Below are positions 36,964-50,429 of a stretch of DNA of 64,000 bases, piece after piece. A program made the translations under genes and the position numbers. Below the pieces are notes generated by a model that saw nothing but the letters and a program-made list of their open reading frames with translations, had not been told where the DNA came from and ran no database searches. Numbering within the stretch: the first letter of the stretch is position 1; each line of letters opens with the position of its first letter. This DNA is from Malacoraja senta. Taxonomy: Eukaryota. The stretch spans positions 62,001 through 126,000 of the forward strand of contig JAXLNO010000324.1 of assembly GCA_038087875.1 (NCBI GenBank), read 5' to 3'.

Positions 36964-38782
36964 TCTTCCCCAGCAGGCTTTTGTTGGAACACTATCTCAC
37001 AACCACATCCCATGTTGTTTATTTTGAGGGGGCCTTTGATGCCTTACCTTTGGCCTCCCGCTACATCCCTCCTATGGCAAGTTGGACAACTGCAATCAGT
37101 TTGGGAGGCAGGTATCAGGCATTTGTACACAGTGCCATCTTCACCTTGCTTGATAATCAGGCACTCTGTGTCTCAAATGTCCTCTGTGATATCGCTGATG
37201 TTAGTGTGATGTTCCTGTCACTTTATGTCGAGGAGCTTCTGACAACGATATTTAATCCTTTATTGTAAGTCAGCCTCATATCACAAATGTAAAGGGTAAT
37301 TGGGATTGCTATCTGTTTGTAAACTATAATTCTGGTAAGTATTCTCGTGCTGTAGTTATTGATCACCCAGTGAGACAGCCTGCCACAGGCAAAAGCTGAC
37401 ACGGCAGATTTTGTGCTAAATCTTGACATCTCTGTTTGCCCCCCCGGGAGAGATGGCTGCCAAGGAAGGCAGAGTGTTTTATGTTTCCCAGTTCTTCACT
37501 GTCAGTATAGATCTTCTTTGCTGAGTGTAATGATTGATTGGGAGCAGGCTAGTAGAGAACGTTTCTTCTACCAATGTTCTGGGTTAACCCTTAGCTGTTA
37601 TAAACCTTTGGAGAAGTCATTTAAAGCTATCTAGAGGTCCACATTTCGACTGGCAGCTGTCTAACCAAGTTTGATTATTGTTTTTGATGTTTCTTATATT
37701 CCCCAGAGTTGAATGACTATTTTCATATCTGCAAGAAAAATATAGAGAAGTGGTTGGGTGTCAACATGCCAGCTTGAAATAAAATCTCCTTTGATTCTTT
37801 TTGCAATTCACCCAGAGTAAGGAATGATTTATGGTAGCCAATTAACCTATCTGCAAAACATTCCCATTAATTACAACCCCCCCACTTAAATCCATGGAAC
37901 ATGTTTTTTCTGTCATGCCCACCCACTCTTTCCTGATTCTTCAGCAATCCATCTACATTTGAGGCAATGCAATGGCTAGTCGATCTTTGAGATGTGGGAA
38001 GAAACCGGAGCACCAGGCAGAAATCAAGTTGTCACAGGAAAAATTTGCAAACTTGCATGGCCTACACCTGAGGTCAGGTTCAAACCCGGTTCATCTGCAA
38101 GGCTTGTCTCGCTAAGGGCAGCAATGTCAAAATTCCCAAGCAAAAATCATTGTCTCCAGTGAGCTCTTCCATCTTTCAAATCATCCTTTGGGGTCAGGCA
38201 CTCCCAAGTTTTATAAATATTTTGCTTTTCTGATCACATTGGGTGTGGTGCCACCGGACACTGTTATTGAGTCATAAGCGCAGCAGCTAAAGTGACTTCA
38301 CTATTCAGTCCATGTACACACAAAAGACAATTTTTAGGTTACTACCTAGTTATTGACCATTTTGCCTGTCCCCGTCATTTTCAGCCATCATTAGAGAACC
38401 TAGAGGGAGGCAGTGGTGAGGTAAGGGAATTTTTTCTCATGAAAGAACTCCTACACACTGACGAGAGGTTTGGCAAAGGCGACAAAATTGGTCAAGTCAA
38501 CCAAGAATTTCCCTTTCAACACCGGCTTAATTCCTGTGCACGGCTGATGAGAAGATAATCCTGTTACATCTTCCCACTGTCAGTGAGACCCTTGTGTTGG
38601 ACTGCAGCATGACCGCTGTTGGTATCATTCTCAGTCCTTTGTGTGTGAAGCATTTACATCACGGTAAAGTAGTAACCGGGTTAGAGAATTAGTCATATCG
38701 AGTTTATTGTCATCTGCACGAGTATGGTGAGGTTCAGGTACAATGAAAAATCTTGTTTGCAGCAGCATCACACGATATAGTC

Positions 38783-39096
38783 TAAGACTTTAGACTTTAG
38801 AGATACAGTGCAGAAACAGGCCCTTGAACGGACCGAGTCTGTGCCCACCAGCGATCACTCCCGTACAATAACACTATCCTACACACTAGGGACAATTTAC
38901 AATTTTACTGAAGCCAATTAACCTACAAACTTGTATGTCTTTGGCATGTGGGAGAAAATCAGAGCACCCGGAGAAAAGCAACAAGGTCACAGGGAGAACG
39001 TATGGACTCTGTACGGACAGCACCCATAGTTAGGATGGAGCCCGGTTCTCTAGTGCTGTAAAGCAGCAACTCTACTGCTGCCCCATTGTGCTGCCC
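38783..39096 (-). mobile_element. HE1-type V-SINE
   Basis: (GACTTTA)n tail, AAGCCAATTAACCTAC and GCAGCAACTCTAC head complement. Confidence 0.85.
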
Positions 39097-39306
39097 AAAT
39101 ACATGAAAACAAATTATACATCAAGTACACAGAAATTTCACATAAAATTTCCAAAAGAGAGAGGAAATTTTCCAAAAAAACAAGACATTAGTGCAAAAAT
39201 ATAAATACAAAGAAAAATACATCTATGTTCGGGCAAGAGGTGGTCTTTAGTGTTCTATTATTAAGGTAGGATTAGGGTTCAAGAACATAACAGTTGTCGG
39301 AAAGTA

Positions 39307-39516
39307 AACACAAAATGCTGGAATATCTTAGCGGGAAAGGCAGCATCTCTGGAGAGAAGGAATGGGTGACGTTTCGGGTCAAGACCCTTCTTCAGACTGG
39401 GTCTCGACCCGAAACGTCACCAATTCCTTCTCTCCCGAGATGATGCCTGTCCCGCTGAGTTACTCCAGCATTTTGTGTCTATCTTCAGTGTAAACCAGCA
39501 TGCAGTTGCTTTCTGC
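39307..39516. mobile_element. Palindromic Penelope-like-derived short element with intact hammerhead-like core
   Basis: Near-perfect inverted arms; minus 39398-39366 AGTCTGAAGAAGGGTCTTGACCCGAAACGTCAC; 17-bp TSD ACAGTTGT(C/A)GGAAAGTA at 39290-39306 and 39517-39533. Confidence 0.8.
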
Positions 39517-41209
39517 ACAGTTGTAGGAAAGTAGCTGTTACTGAACCTGTTGGTGTGGTATTTAAACAACATACATAGCAATGAATGTTTTAGGTATTGC
39601 AGGACCACTGCACGACAGAGCTTCACTCCATTTCCTTGACCTATCTTCCACCAGAAGACACAAGTGCTGGAATAACTCAGCGGGTCAGGCAGCATCTCTG
39701 GAGAAGATAGATAAGTGACGTTTCGGGTCGGGACCTTTCTGCAGACAGCAGCAATTTATACCGCTGAATAAGCGGCGAGTTCGATATTACAACTGCGCAT
39801 GCCCAGCTCAATGGTCATTCGGGATAAACATTCTCGCCAGCTGAGCTACTGTGCCTGCACAGACCTGCGTATTCATTTCAATGAGATTTATAAATAAATT
39901 TACCGTCAAATATGTCAGCAGTAGGCCACAGCGTACTGCAGGCTGCATAAATCCTCAATTGTATCTATTTAAATTATTGACTCAATATAGCACTAGCCTT
40001 GAAAACGCAAGAATGCCTGGAACGAACCTGTCAATTATCAAATCCTTGGCATAAGCCTGAGTCACAGCCATTCAAATTCGATATTGATTTACACAAATTA
40101 CAATTTGTGTGGTCAACCAATTTGAGACAGTCCTTACATTCCTATCTAAACAACCTTGTGGATTGAAGGAAACGAGGAGAATGTGCTGTGTGGGCATAGG
40201 TTGGAAAGTTTAGATTGGATTCGAACAGGCTAGTTAAACTTTCGAGGTGGGTTGGCTTAAATACAGATGCTGTCACTTTAACCTCTGGGGTTGGTTCCAG
40301 TGTGTCAGGGCACACAGTTGCGAGCCGGGTCCAGGTGACCGGGCGGTGATAATTATGAGAATTTGCAGTCATTTGAACTGCAGCCAAACTAGAGGCTTCA
40401 CTCAGGAGTGGGTCGCTGCTCCCCAGCTGACGGGACCTGTTCTCGCTCTCTTTGAAGGAGGTGCCGTCCGCCCCAGTGAGTGGGCAAACGCGGAGCCAAC
40501 CCGTAATATGAGTGGGAGTCAGACTTTGTCGACAGTTGGGGTGGGGGATCGAGGAGAGAGAGAGAGCTGGCGATTCCACACAGACAGAACAGTTTAATAA
40601 TGATCCATTAAAATCCGCCCTTCGGCCACTCGGTAACCTGGGCTGATCTGATCTGTCAGCCCTCTCACCAGCTCGCTGCTTGCCGGATCCTAACGTAGAC
40701 CCTCCACAAAACCTTTGGGGTTCTGGTTGCATCTGCACAAAGAGCCTCTGCTAACAAGGGCTGGTGAACTGTGATGGTCAGCGTGCACTGGGTGAGATGA
40801 GTGGGAGAAATGCACCGCAACCACTGCAAACTTGGAACAGCACAGACCTCCACTCAATCTATCCAATACTAAAGGGCAGGCATTTTGCAGTTAAATGTCT
40901 TACACGGCTGCTTCACAGGGCCAACCCTATACTTAGTTTTCCTCCGAGATGAATCTTTGCCTTAACCGTACATTCACACCGCCTGTAGGTAAAGCATCCG
41001 CCCACATCACACTGATACAGTCGATGCCTGCCTCAGATTAAATATATTTTTACACATAAATTATGAATAAAGATAAGAACATTTTGCAATCTCAATATTT
41101 TCTTATTCCAGTAACAAACACATTAAGAATTAAATGAAAAATAATAAATTCTTTAACTTTTTGAATATCTCAAAATTGCAGATGAATTAACTGAACTGGA
41201 ACTGTGTAA

Positions 41210-41529
41210 TAGCCCTGTCCCACGGCACGAGTTCATTCCAAGTGCTCTCCCGCGTTTAAATAAAATCAAATTTGTGGTAAGCACGGAGAATGAACGTAGA
41301 GGGTACGTTGGAGCTCGGGGATGCCTCTTAGCGCTAACGGCAGGTACCTGGGAAGACTCGCTAACGGCAGGTAAACACGGGTAGACTCGTGAAGATTTTT
41401 CAACATGATGAAAAATGTCCACGAGAGCCCCGAGTACCGACGAGTGGCCATTACCATAAATCTCCGAGTTCGAATCAGGGCAAACTCGGGAGAACACTTG
41501 GAATTAACTCTTACCGTGGGGCAGGGGTT
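41210..41529. mobile_element. PIF/Harbinger-type MITE
   Basis: ~45-bp imperfect TIR TAGCCCTGTCCCACGGCACGAGTTCATTCCAAGTGCTCTCCCG; flanks TAA / TTA. Confidence 0.8.
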
Positions 41530-42566
41530 TTAGTAGTTTGTGAACAGCAGAACAAGAAAGGAAGCTATTGAGTTGACAGAATTCTAGATTAATTCCTTGG
41601 TCAAATAGTTAACAATTTATACACAGTTTATACAGCGCTGCATTTGCTTTTTTCTTAATCCCGAATGACCTTTGACAAATCCCATGATTCCTTGCGTTTA
41701 TCGAGATACCAAATTCGCTTATTACTCCAGCACTTTGAGTCTTATTTTATTTCTACATCTATCCTCCACTGCTTCAGTATAGCCATATACAATACAAAAC
41801 ACTGCATATCTAAACTCATGGCCTGACAGTGGGATATGTTCAATTTTCAAGAGGAAGCCCGGCAGAAAATTGGGAAGTACAAATGAACTAAACCTGCATC
41901 TCATACTGGATGATGGTTCTATCTATTCCCATCCCAGCTCTTTGCTGGAGTCAATCTGTGTTCCTGGAAGTTTCATCGAAAGACTTGCAACATTCAATGA
42001 CCTAACTTAGTCAAACAACTTTTAATATCACTTTATTCCTGACGTCTGTGAGTTTTCTTCCCTGGTAGCTTGCAGTAAGGTCGGATTATTTATACAGTCA
42101 TACAGCACATGAAATAGGCACCTTGGCCCATTATGTCCATGGTCACCACCAAGTCTCCATCTATACTAATCCCATTTACCAATACTTGGTCTACAGCCTT
42201 CTTTGCTCTGGCGATGCAAGTGCACATCCAAATATATCTGAAGGCAGGCACAAAGTGCTGCAGTAACTCAGCGGGACAGGCAGAATCTCTAGAAAAATAT
42301 GTGACTGTTCAGGACGAGACCTTTCTTCAAACAGATACCTCTTGACTGTTGTGAGAGTCTCTGCCTTCACCATTCACTCAGTGCATTCTAGATTGCAACC
42401 ACTGGATGAAAAAATCCTTCCTCAGCTCCAATCCAAATTTCTTGCTCCTCATTTTAATCTAATGTTATCCGGTCTTGGATACCACTGCCTGAGGGAATAG
42501 TTTCCTAATATCCACCGTTATCTATGTCTTTCACAATTTAGTATTACTCTATTATGTCCTGCCTTA

Positions 42567-43372
42567 TGGGCCTGTCCCACTAAGGCGACTTTTTAGGCGA
42601 CTGCAGGAGACTATGCAGTTGCCACATGGTCGCCACATGTTCGCGGGTGGTTGTCGGGGAGTCGCCTTCATGGTTGTGAGGAGTTCCCGCATTCTGGGAA
42701 CTAGTCGCGGCCTCATTATGGTCGCCGCGAATTTTTCAACGTTGAAAAATTAGCGGCGACTAGAATGAAGCCGCCATGGAGAGTAGCGAGAATTCTCGTG
42801 CCGTAGGTGGGTCGCCAGGAGGTCCTAGTGGGTGGACAGGAGGTCGAAGGTTCTCGTAGGTTCTTGTAGGTTGTAGCCGGTGCTGACCGGTGAATTTCAT
42901 TGGCTCATTGGGGAAAAAAAGTAAGCAGTAGTTTCCAGAACCAAGGATAACCAACCGGTAATGTTAATGTCCGCCGAGCTTCACAGCCGTGTATCTCTGG
43001 CTTCTTAAAAGTTGTCTGGCTTCTTAAAAGTTGTCTCCACTCCTTCTCCCACTTTCTCCCCCTTTCTCCCCCCTTCTCCCCCCCCCCTTCTCCCCCTCTT
43101 TTAAAGGACTTATCGTACGCTGTGCTTAAGCCGTCTTAATTACAGCGCCAACCTTCCTGTTCATCGCGTTGTGTGTCTGTATCACCTTGGCTTTGCATCA
43201 TGTGAATTTCGGACAGCGCTTGCACTGTCCCCCGCCTGCGATGTGTTTGTGTGTGTATGTGTGTGTTCCACTCTGACAGTCGCCGTTCCAGTTACCGTTT
43301 TTTCAGGCGACTGCCGGCAACTTGACAGTCGCTGGCAGTCGCTTGAAAAATTGCCCAAGTGGGAAAGGCCCA
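42567..43372. mobile_element. PIF/Harbinger-type MITE (806 bp) inserted in an old minus-strand CR1 fragment (~42096-43440)
   Basis: TIR TGGGCCTGTCCCACT / AGTGGGAAAGGCCCA; TTA at 42564-42566 and 43373-43375. Confidence 0.88.
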
Positions 43373-43452
43373 TTAGACTCACCTGCTCAAAGCAAACCCA
43401 GCCTATCAAGTTTCTCCTCATAACTGAAACATTCCATCCCAAGCAACTTTTA

Positions 43453-43765
43453 GGGGGCACTGTGGATCTGCTGCTTTAGTGCCAGAGACCTAGGTTCGAT
43501 CCTGACTTTGGATACTATCTGTGTGGAGTTTGCACGTTCTCCCTGTGATTGCGTGGGTTTCCTCCAGATACTGTTAAATTCCTCCCATTTGCAAAGACGT
43601 GCAGGTTTGCAGGTTAGTTGACCTTTGTAAATTAAATTTCCCCCAATGTGTAGGGTGTGGATGAGAAAGTGGGATAATATAGAACTGGTGTGAATGGGTG
43701 ATCAATGGTTGGTGTGGGCTCGATGGGCCGAAGGCCCTATGTTCATGCTCTATCTATAAACTCTG
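43453..43765 (+). mobile_element. HE1-type V-SINE
   Basis: GGTTCGATCC B box, TGTGTGGAGTTTGCACGTTCTCCCTGTG V-domain and GGGCCGAAGG tail. Confidence 0.85.
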
Positions 43766-46012
43766 AACAAAAGTGCGGTGGGCAGAAGTAAATGTAGATT
43801 TGTCTTCAGTTTGTGGAAACTCCAGGACAATCCTGCAAGGATTATCAAACCAAGTCCTCTCAAATGCCCAGACCATCCTATGTTCTTTGTACGTGGATGT
43901 ACCTGGTTACTTCCAGTGCCTAGGCTTGAACAGTGAGTGTGTACGCCTGATGATTGAGGTCATATTCTCCTCACATTGTGCAGGCTAGCAAATTGTTGGG
44001 CATTCACTACTGACAGCCCAGCAAGTAATTTTTTATCATTAAAATTGATTTAATAGCGAAGACCAAATGCAGCTCCGTTAAGTGGCTTTGATTTATGACT
44101 GAGTCATGAAGGCATCATCTCCAGGAATCAATATGGGAATATTTATATTAATAAAACACGGGGTTAATTAAATCAGATTGACTCGTGGGTAAATCAGACA
44201 GGATGGAATAGGAGCAAGATACCCAAATCGTTTGTTATAAGGCTAGTTAGCTAAGTTGCTTTTACTGTCAATTTTTAAAGAGATTTTTAACAGCACTTTG
44301 GAAATATCTGTCAGAAAATAGTGACATCATCCTCACAGAAGTTTCCAGTACCATAATCTATCATCTTGTCCTTTGTTTTCAATATTCTCGGCCCATTATT
44401 AACCAACCTATCTTTCACAAAGGAATGCTTGGATTTTATTCATTGCTTTTCCTAACATCAGGCTGTCCCATAGTGTTCAACAGACAATTAAGTATTTTTG
44501 TTGCACAGGTACTGTTATAATGCAGGAAATATGGTAGCCAATATTTATACAGCCAGTTCTCACAAATGGTCTTTCTCCTGATTCTTTTTTACCTCAATTT
44601 TGCAAGGACTTCTTGATGCCTTCCGTCAATAAAATGCTCAAGAGTTCACTTTGGGATGTCTGCTCATTGAGGCATCTTCCTGGAGATCTTGATGTAATGC
44701 TGGCTGAAAGATGTGATTTTCTGAGTGTGTCTCTGAAGGATCTTGATCTAAAAGGTAAACTGTCCTTTTGCCTCCATAGATGCTGCGAGACCTGCTGAGC
44801 TCCTCAAATAGCTTGTTTGTTTGCTGGAGTTTCAAGAGACCTGGTGTCCCTTGTTGATATCAGACATTGTAGGATAATTCCCCCAAATTTGGCACAGATG
44901 TCACACCTTTCAGCCAATGGCCCGGGCATCTTCACCAAGATCAAAGAATGCCCCGTTCCACCAGAACAACCACCCCTAAGTGAACCAACAGCCCAACAAT
45001 CACACAAATTGCATTCCTCCCCATGTATTACCTTGTTGATGTAAGTTAGGAGGACCAATGTCTGGTTGACTGGTTTAATTGTCTGTGTCATGCCTATGTT
45101 GATGTAGGGTGGTTCATCCTCTTATATTTCATTGTCTGTTTTTGCAGCAGTGTGAAGAACAAGGCCAGGCCATTTCAGACGAGTTAGTTAGCCATACTGG
45201 CATAGATTTGGTGTCAAAATAAGGCAAGATGATTTCTTTGCCTAAAGTGCATGAGTAAAACAAGCAGATTTTTAACAACACTCTGGTGGTTTCTCTTTCA
45301 AGATTATTGTTTGTAGGAGATAGTTTAATTCCTTGTTTATTTACTTAATTGAATTGAATTTCCCAAGTTGCCAGGGTGAGATTAGAACTCTTGATTTTGG
45401 ATATTAAAACCAGGGTTTGGGATTAGTTGCCACAACAGTCCCATTTCCTTTGAGACTTCATTAACCTAATCCCATTGGTATGCAAACAGCGCAGTCTCCA
45501 GTTGCAAGTCATCTGCAAGGTTGCCTCTTTTGCTGACTCTGTAGTTTTCAACAGATGAGTTACACTGCTAACATTGTGGTCAAATAAAAATTAATGAGTA
45601 TAACCTCTTGAAAAGGTGGTCTCATGAAATTTTCAAGAATGTACAGCTTCAAAGCAATGTTCCGTTTTAACCAGCACTGCCTTTGATTCATATAAGAGTT
45701 CTATCATGTGATTTCAACTCCTTAAGACTCCACTGATTTGTAAAACGGTGTATTTTAAAATATTTGGAGGTTAAATTGTTTTTGTGCTGTTTTTATTCTC
45801 CCAATTTATAATGATTATTGGGAATGTGGGATGTTAATGCTTCTTACAATCACATTATGTTAATTATCACAAAGATGTAAGAGTAGTATATGCTGTTGGC
45901 AATATTACCAAATGATCCTGTAACACCTTTAATGAATCAACGGGCATTAGCAGCACAAAAAGGAACTAATCAGGCTGTCAAAAATTTTCACCGGAGTTTC
46001 ACTCTAGTTGGA

Positions 46013-46235
46013 AGGACACAAAGTGCTGGTGTAACTTAGCGACTCAGGCAGCATCTCTGGAGAACATGAATAAATGATGTTTCGGGTTGGAACAACCTGA
46101 ATTTCTATCTTTTTCGGGACCCGACCTGAAACATCACTTATCCTTGTTCTCCAGAGATGCTACCTAACCCACCAAATTACTCCAGCACTTTGTGTCCTTT
46201 TGTGTAAACTGGCATCTGCAGTTCCTTGCTTCTAC
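46013..46235. mobile_element. Palindromic Penelope-like-derived short element (diverged)
   Basis: AAGGACACAAAGTGCTGG... / ...CCAGCACTTTGTGTCCTT arms with the GCATCTGCAGTTCC tail. Confidence 0.72.
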
Positions 46236-49200
46236 ATTTCTCCCTAGCTGAACTGCATGTGTTAATCTCACACCTGCTTGCTCCCCACACTATGGAATAT
46301 TCCTCCTTCCCAACTAACTTTGTAATTCACGATTAGGAAGATGCTTGGACTCATTTTCATTCAAATATCCATTCTGAGCATTAGATACCTAACCACAAGG
46401 GTGATGATTGCTGGAGTAAGTTTGAGATAATGAAGGAACGTTTGACAAAAGACAAGGATGTTTGTGCACAATGCTGCCATGTCATTCATCACGGAGCAAC
46501 AGTCTATAAACCATTTGAACATTATCAAAACTATATTGGTTCAATCTTATTTTAACTGACCCCATTATTTCACCCTTTAAGAGAAATTCCTTATGTTCTA
46601 ACCGTCACCCTTCCACAGCTTTTTACCAAGGCGAACACTCTTTCTCAATTCTGACAAAGGGTTCCAGATTTGAAACATAAACGGTTTATCTTTCACAGAT
46701 CCTGACTAGTAGACTGAATCTTTACAGTACTTTCTGTTTTATTTCAGATTTCTATCATCTGTAGTTTTTGTTTATGATTTTCATTTACTGATCAGAAGTA
46801 GTTGTTCCAGATGGTCCCAAGGTTTATCCAGTGCATACCTTGAAAATGTCTACTTTTCTTGTCAACAAGAAGCAGGGTGACATTCAAGTTTGGAAGATAG
46901 TGATGAACAGAGTCTCAAGGTTGATTTGAAGAGTTGGTAGCTATTGGGGATATCAGGAGTGAAGTGAGTTCACAATAGAAAATAAAATAATCAAAAAGTG
47001 ACTTTATTATGTGAGATAATTGAAACATACCTTCCTTCAGGAGTGTTTCAATCAGGTTCCGCTCAAGTTAATGTTTCACCTTATGTCAAAATTGTGAACA
47101 GTAAGTAGACATCTTTATTATGTTTCTCAGAAGCATTCTGCATTGAAGTGTTATCTCTGGAATTTACTTTTTTACTTCTATTGCGTACCAGATTGCTGAA
47201 ATATTTTAATTACTGTATGACTACGAGGATCGGTTTACCCATCAACATCATATTTTAATAGGTGACATTCAATGGAGCTTGATTTGAAGAATATTTTAGA
47301 AGGAATGACTCTAAATGCTTGTTCTTGAGATGTGTAGCACAACAGGTTTTGCAGCATTGCTTATTTCTGTACAGAAACACTTGGTGTTGGCCCCATCAAA
47401 TGTGCAGGATTTAAGATTTCCTAAAAAACAATCTGCTTTGTGGTCAACAGCAGCACAGATAATGCCACAAAGGAAATCTGAAAAAGAGGCAGATATACAT
47501 GCTGAAAAGTAATTTAAAGGCTTGTGGCATCGATGATAGAATATTGGCAACAGATGCAAAAAGAAAAGTTACCTGGCACATCGCTTGTAGGACTAGCAGT
47601 TCACAGTTTCTTCGATGACCATCCGGGGGGTGGGGGGGGGGAGTTTTAAAAGGGAGGCGAGGTCCAACTTTTTCACACTGAGGGTGGTGCTGGTCAGAAG
47701 CAACTCATTTTTCTCTTTGCTCTATCTGTTGTACTTGTGAATAGCTTGCTTCTATTCATGTGTAGTGTTATCTGGTTTAATTGGGTGGCACCCAAGCAAA
47801 GACTTTCCTTTGTGTCTCAGTACACATGATAATAATAACCAACAACAATACCAATAGCACCAGGAAGTGATAGAGACAGGGACAATTATGCTACTTGACC
47901 CTTGCACAGGTCTTTGGATAGGAGAGGGTATGGTGGGATATGTGCCAGGTACAGGAAAGTGGGACTAGTTGGTTAGACAATACAGTTGGCATGGTTGAGT
48001 TGGGCTAAAGGGCCTGTTTACAATGTAATAACTTTATTAGTCATTAAAGAAAAATCAGAGTCAGCATAAGGCTGCCCTTATCAATGATCTATCTGACGAT
48101 CTTCTCTCCTGTTCCACTGATGCCCAATGTAAGCTCTAGGGACATCACCTCATGTTCCAATGTGTCACATTGTACCATTGGGAACACAATTAAATTCAAC
48201 AGTTTCAAGTAACGAGCCTCTTCCTATTTTGCCAGATTTCAGTTTCAATTTATTTATGTTTTAGTTTATTTTATTTTCTGTCTCTGAGTAATATTTGAGG
48301 TAATTGGTACTTTGACAACTTTGGTCTGCACCCTTTCACACACACTCCCACTACTCTCTCAACCCCTCTCTTTACTACTTAAAATATCTAATTCCTCATT
48401 TTCCAATTCCAGTGAAGGACCCAAAATGTTAACTGTTGTTTTTCTCTTCACATATGCTTTTTTTGTTCCAAACCACAAGTGTGATTTGTGTCCTGTATGT
48501 ACTGATCATGAATTGGCCTTGATTCACTCTGACGCTTTACAAGAATTATTGTTGTCCTTTTTACATTTGTAGGGTGGCAACTGGTGTGATGGACAAAATA
48601 CAATTCAACTAACTCTATTACAATCAATCATTATTATAGCTTTAATACTTGAAGCAGCAGTATAAACAGCTAATTTCACAAGCTTCACAATAAGCTTGCT
48701 TTTCTTCAGTATGTGTTCGTATTTCATTCACTTAAAACACAGTGCATCCAATTAAATCTCTATACCTCTGAATTTAATTTATTATTCTAACATCAGTAAT
48801 TTGAGTAACATCACAATTGTTCTCGCCATTTAACTGCTACCCACCTGCTATGAACTAGCCAGGCTTACTCCAATAGGTTGCCATATTCGCAGAGTCTTGA
48901 ACTTAGAGATCAGCTTTCTGAATATTAGTCTTTGAATCTCACATGCACCAGCGTTTGGAAAGGAGTTAAACCCTGTTTCTAAGATCCATCTTATTGATAT
49001 TCCTTACATTTTCCTCCGATATGATGATATTGCATTGATAGTTCTGTCCTGGTCAGACCAATTTCTTTCACCTTCATCCTGTTATCACTGGACTATTGAT
49101 GTTACGCAGCCATCTCTATCTTTCACTTCACAGGTTATGAAGCATCTTAGCTGTTGGTAGTGAGTCAATCCAATAAGATTGATTTCCCCTCACATCTTGC

Positions 49201-50429
49201 ACAAAGACATCAACCCCCAAACCATGTTAGCTCTTCTTGCTGTTGAAGTTACAGATGTAATTGAGAAGCCAACCTCATCACAGCCAAATTGCCAGTGCCT
49301 TTATTTAGATCTTATTTGACCTCTGGCTGTCTGTCATCTTGTGCTAATTTGGTGTTTCTAGTGGTAAAGTTATCAGTTGCTTACTGGTAATTTCTTAACA
49401 TCCTTAGATAACTTTATGGATCATTATCTATTCTTGTATATGATAACCTTCAAATGTTTATTCCAACTTTAAAGCTCATCTTTCCTCCGTTCTTCAATGG
49501 TAGGTTTTTACTCATTTACTAGCACTCCATCATACTGATGGCTTAGTCCGTGATGATGAAAGTGGAAATCCAGAAGACTGGAAATGCTGGAATCTCGAGC
49601 AAAAACCAAACAGTGGGAGTAACTCAATGGGTCAGGCAGTATCAGTGGAGAGAAATAGACCGATGTTTTGGATCGGGATCCTACTTCAGACCTATTGATT
49701 TCTTCAAACACTTTGTTCTTTGCTCATGATGATGGCAAATAGTATGGGATTTTAGTTTCAGTCATAGAGTGATGTAGGATGGCAAAACTCAGAACAAAAT
49801 CTATCATAAGTAAAAATGTGAACAATGCCACAATTGTTCTCTTTGTAAGTTTAATAATCATAAATAGTTAATTTCAGTGAGAAGTAAACATTTCATGATG
49901 TAATTAGATGTAAAAACAGATGGGTTTTTTTGCAAACTTCTTTGTACAATGACTGAACAGTGTTAAATAGCTATCTTTGTCCACATTTTGTTCATGGAAG
50001 TGAAATTTACATTTCATTTGCAAAATTATTTTAACTTTCTCTTTAGTGAGATATAATGTTTTGCACAGTATTTTTATGTCGCCTACTTGATGCTGGGGCT
50101 AATTTATGTATTTTGAATGGTTTGATATTCCTAAAGGGGATCACAAAAATATATATTTGTATATAAATCATAATTTTAATTTGGAATTCTCGAATTTTGA
50201 ACCATTGGTGAAGAAGATCCCATGAATACATTCAAAAGGCAATGAAATATTAAACAAAAAAGTATGATAAGAATATGTTTGAGATGGATACATTCCTTTA
50301 GCAACAGCAATTTCTAAGCTGCATTGTGACATGCAACGCCCACCATTTCTACCCATTTCTTAGGAATCTTGGCATTTTGTCTGACCAGAGATTAACATTG
50401 GAGAAGATGTTTCTACCTCCCAAGAGTTA

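Noticed and set aside
40142..40738. 198-aa minus ORF and 116-aa plus ORF in unique moderately GC-rich DNA
   Set aside because: No recognisable domain, spans a (GA)n microsatellite and lacks convincing splice boundaries.
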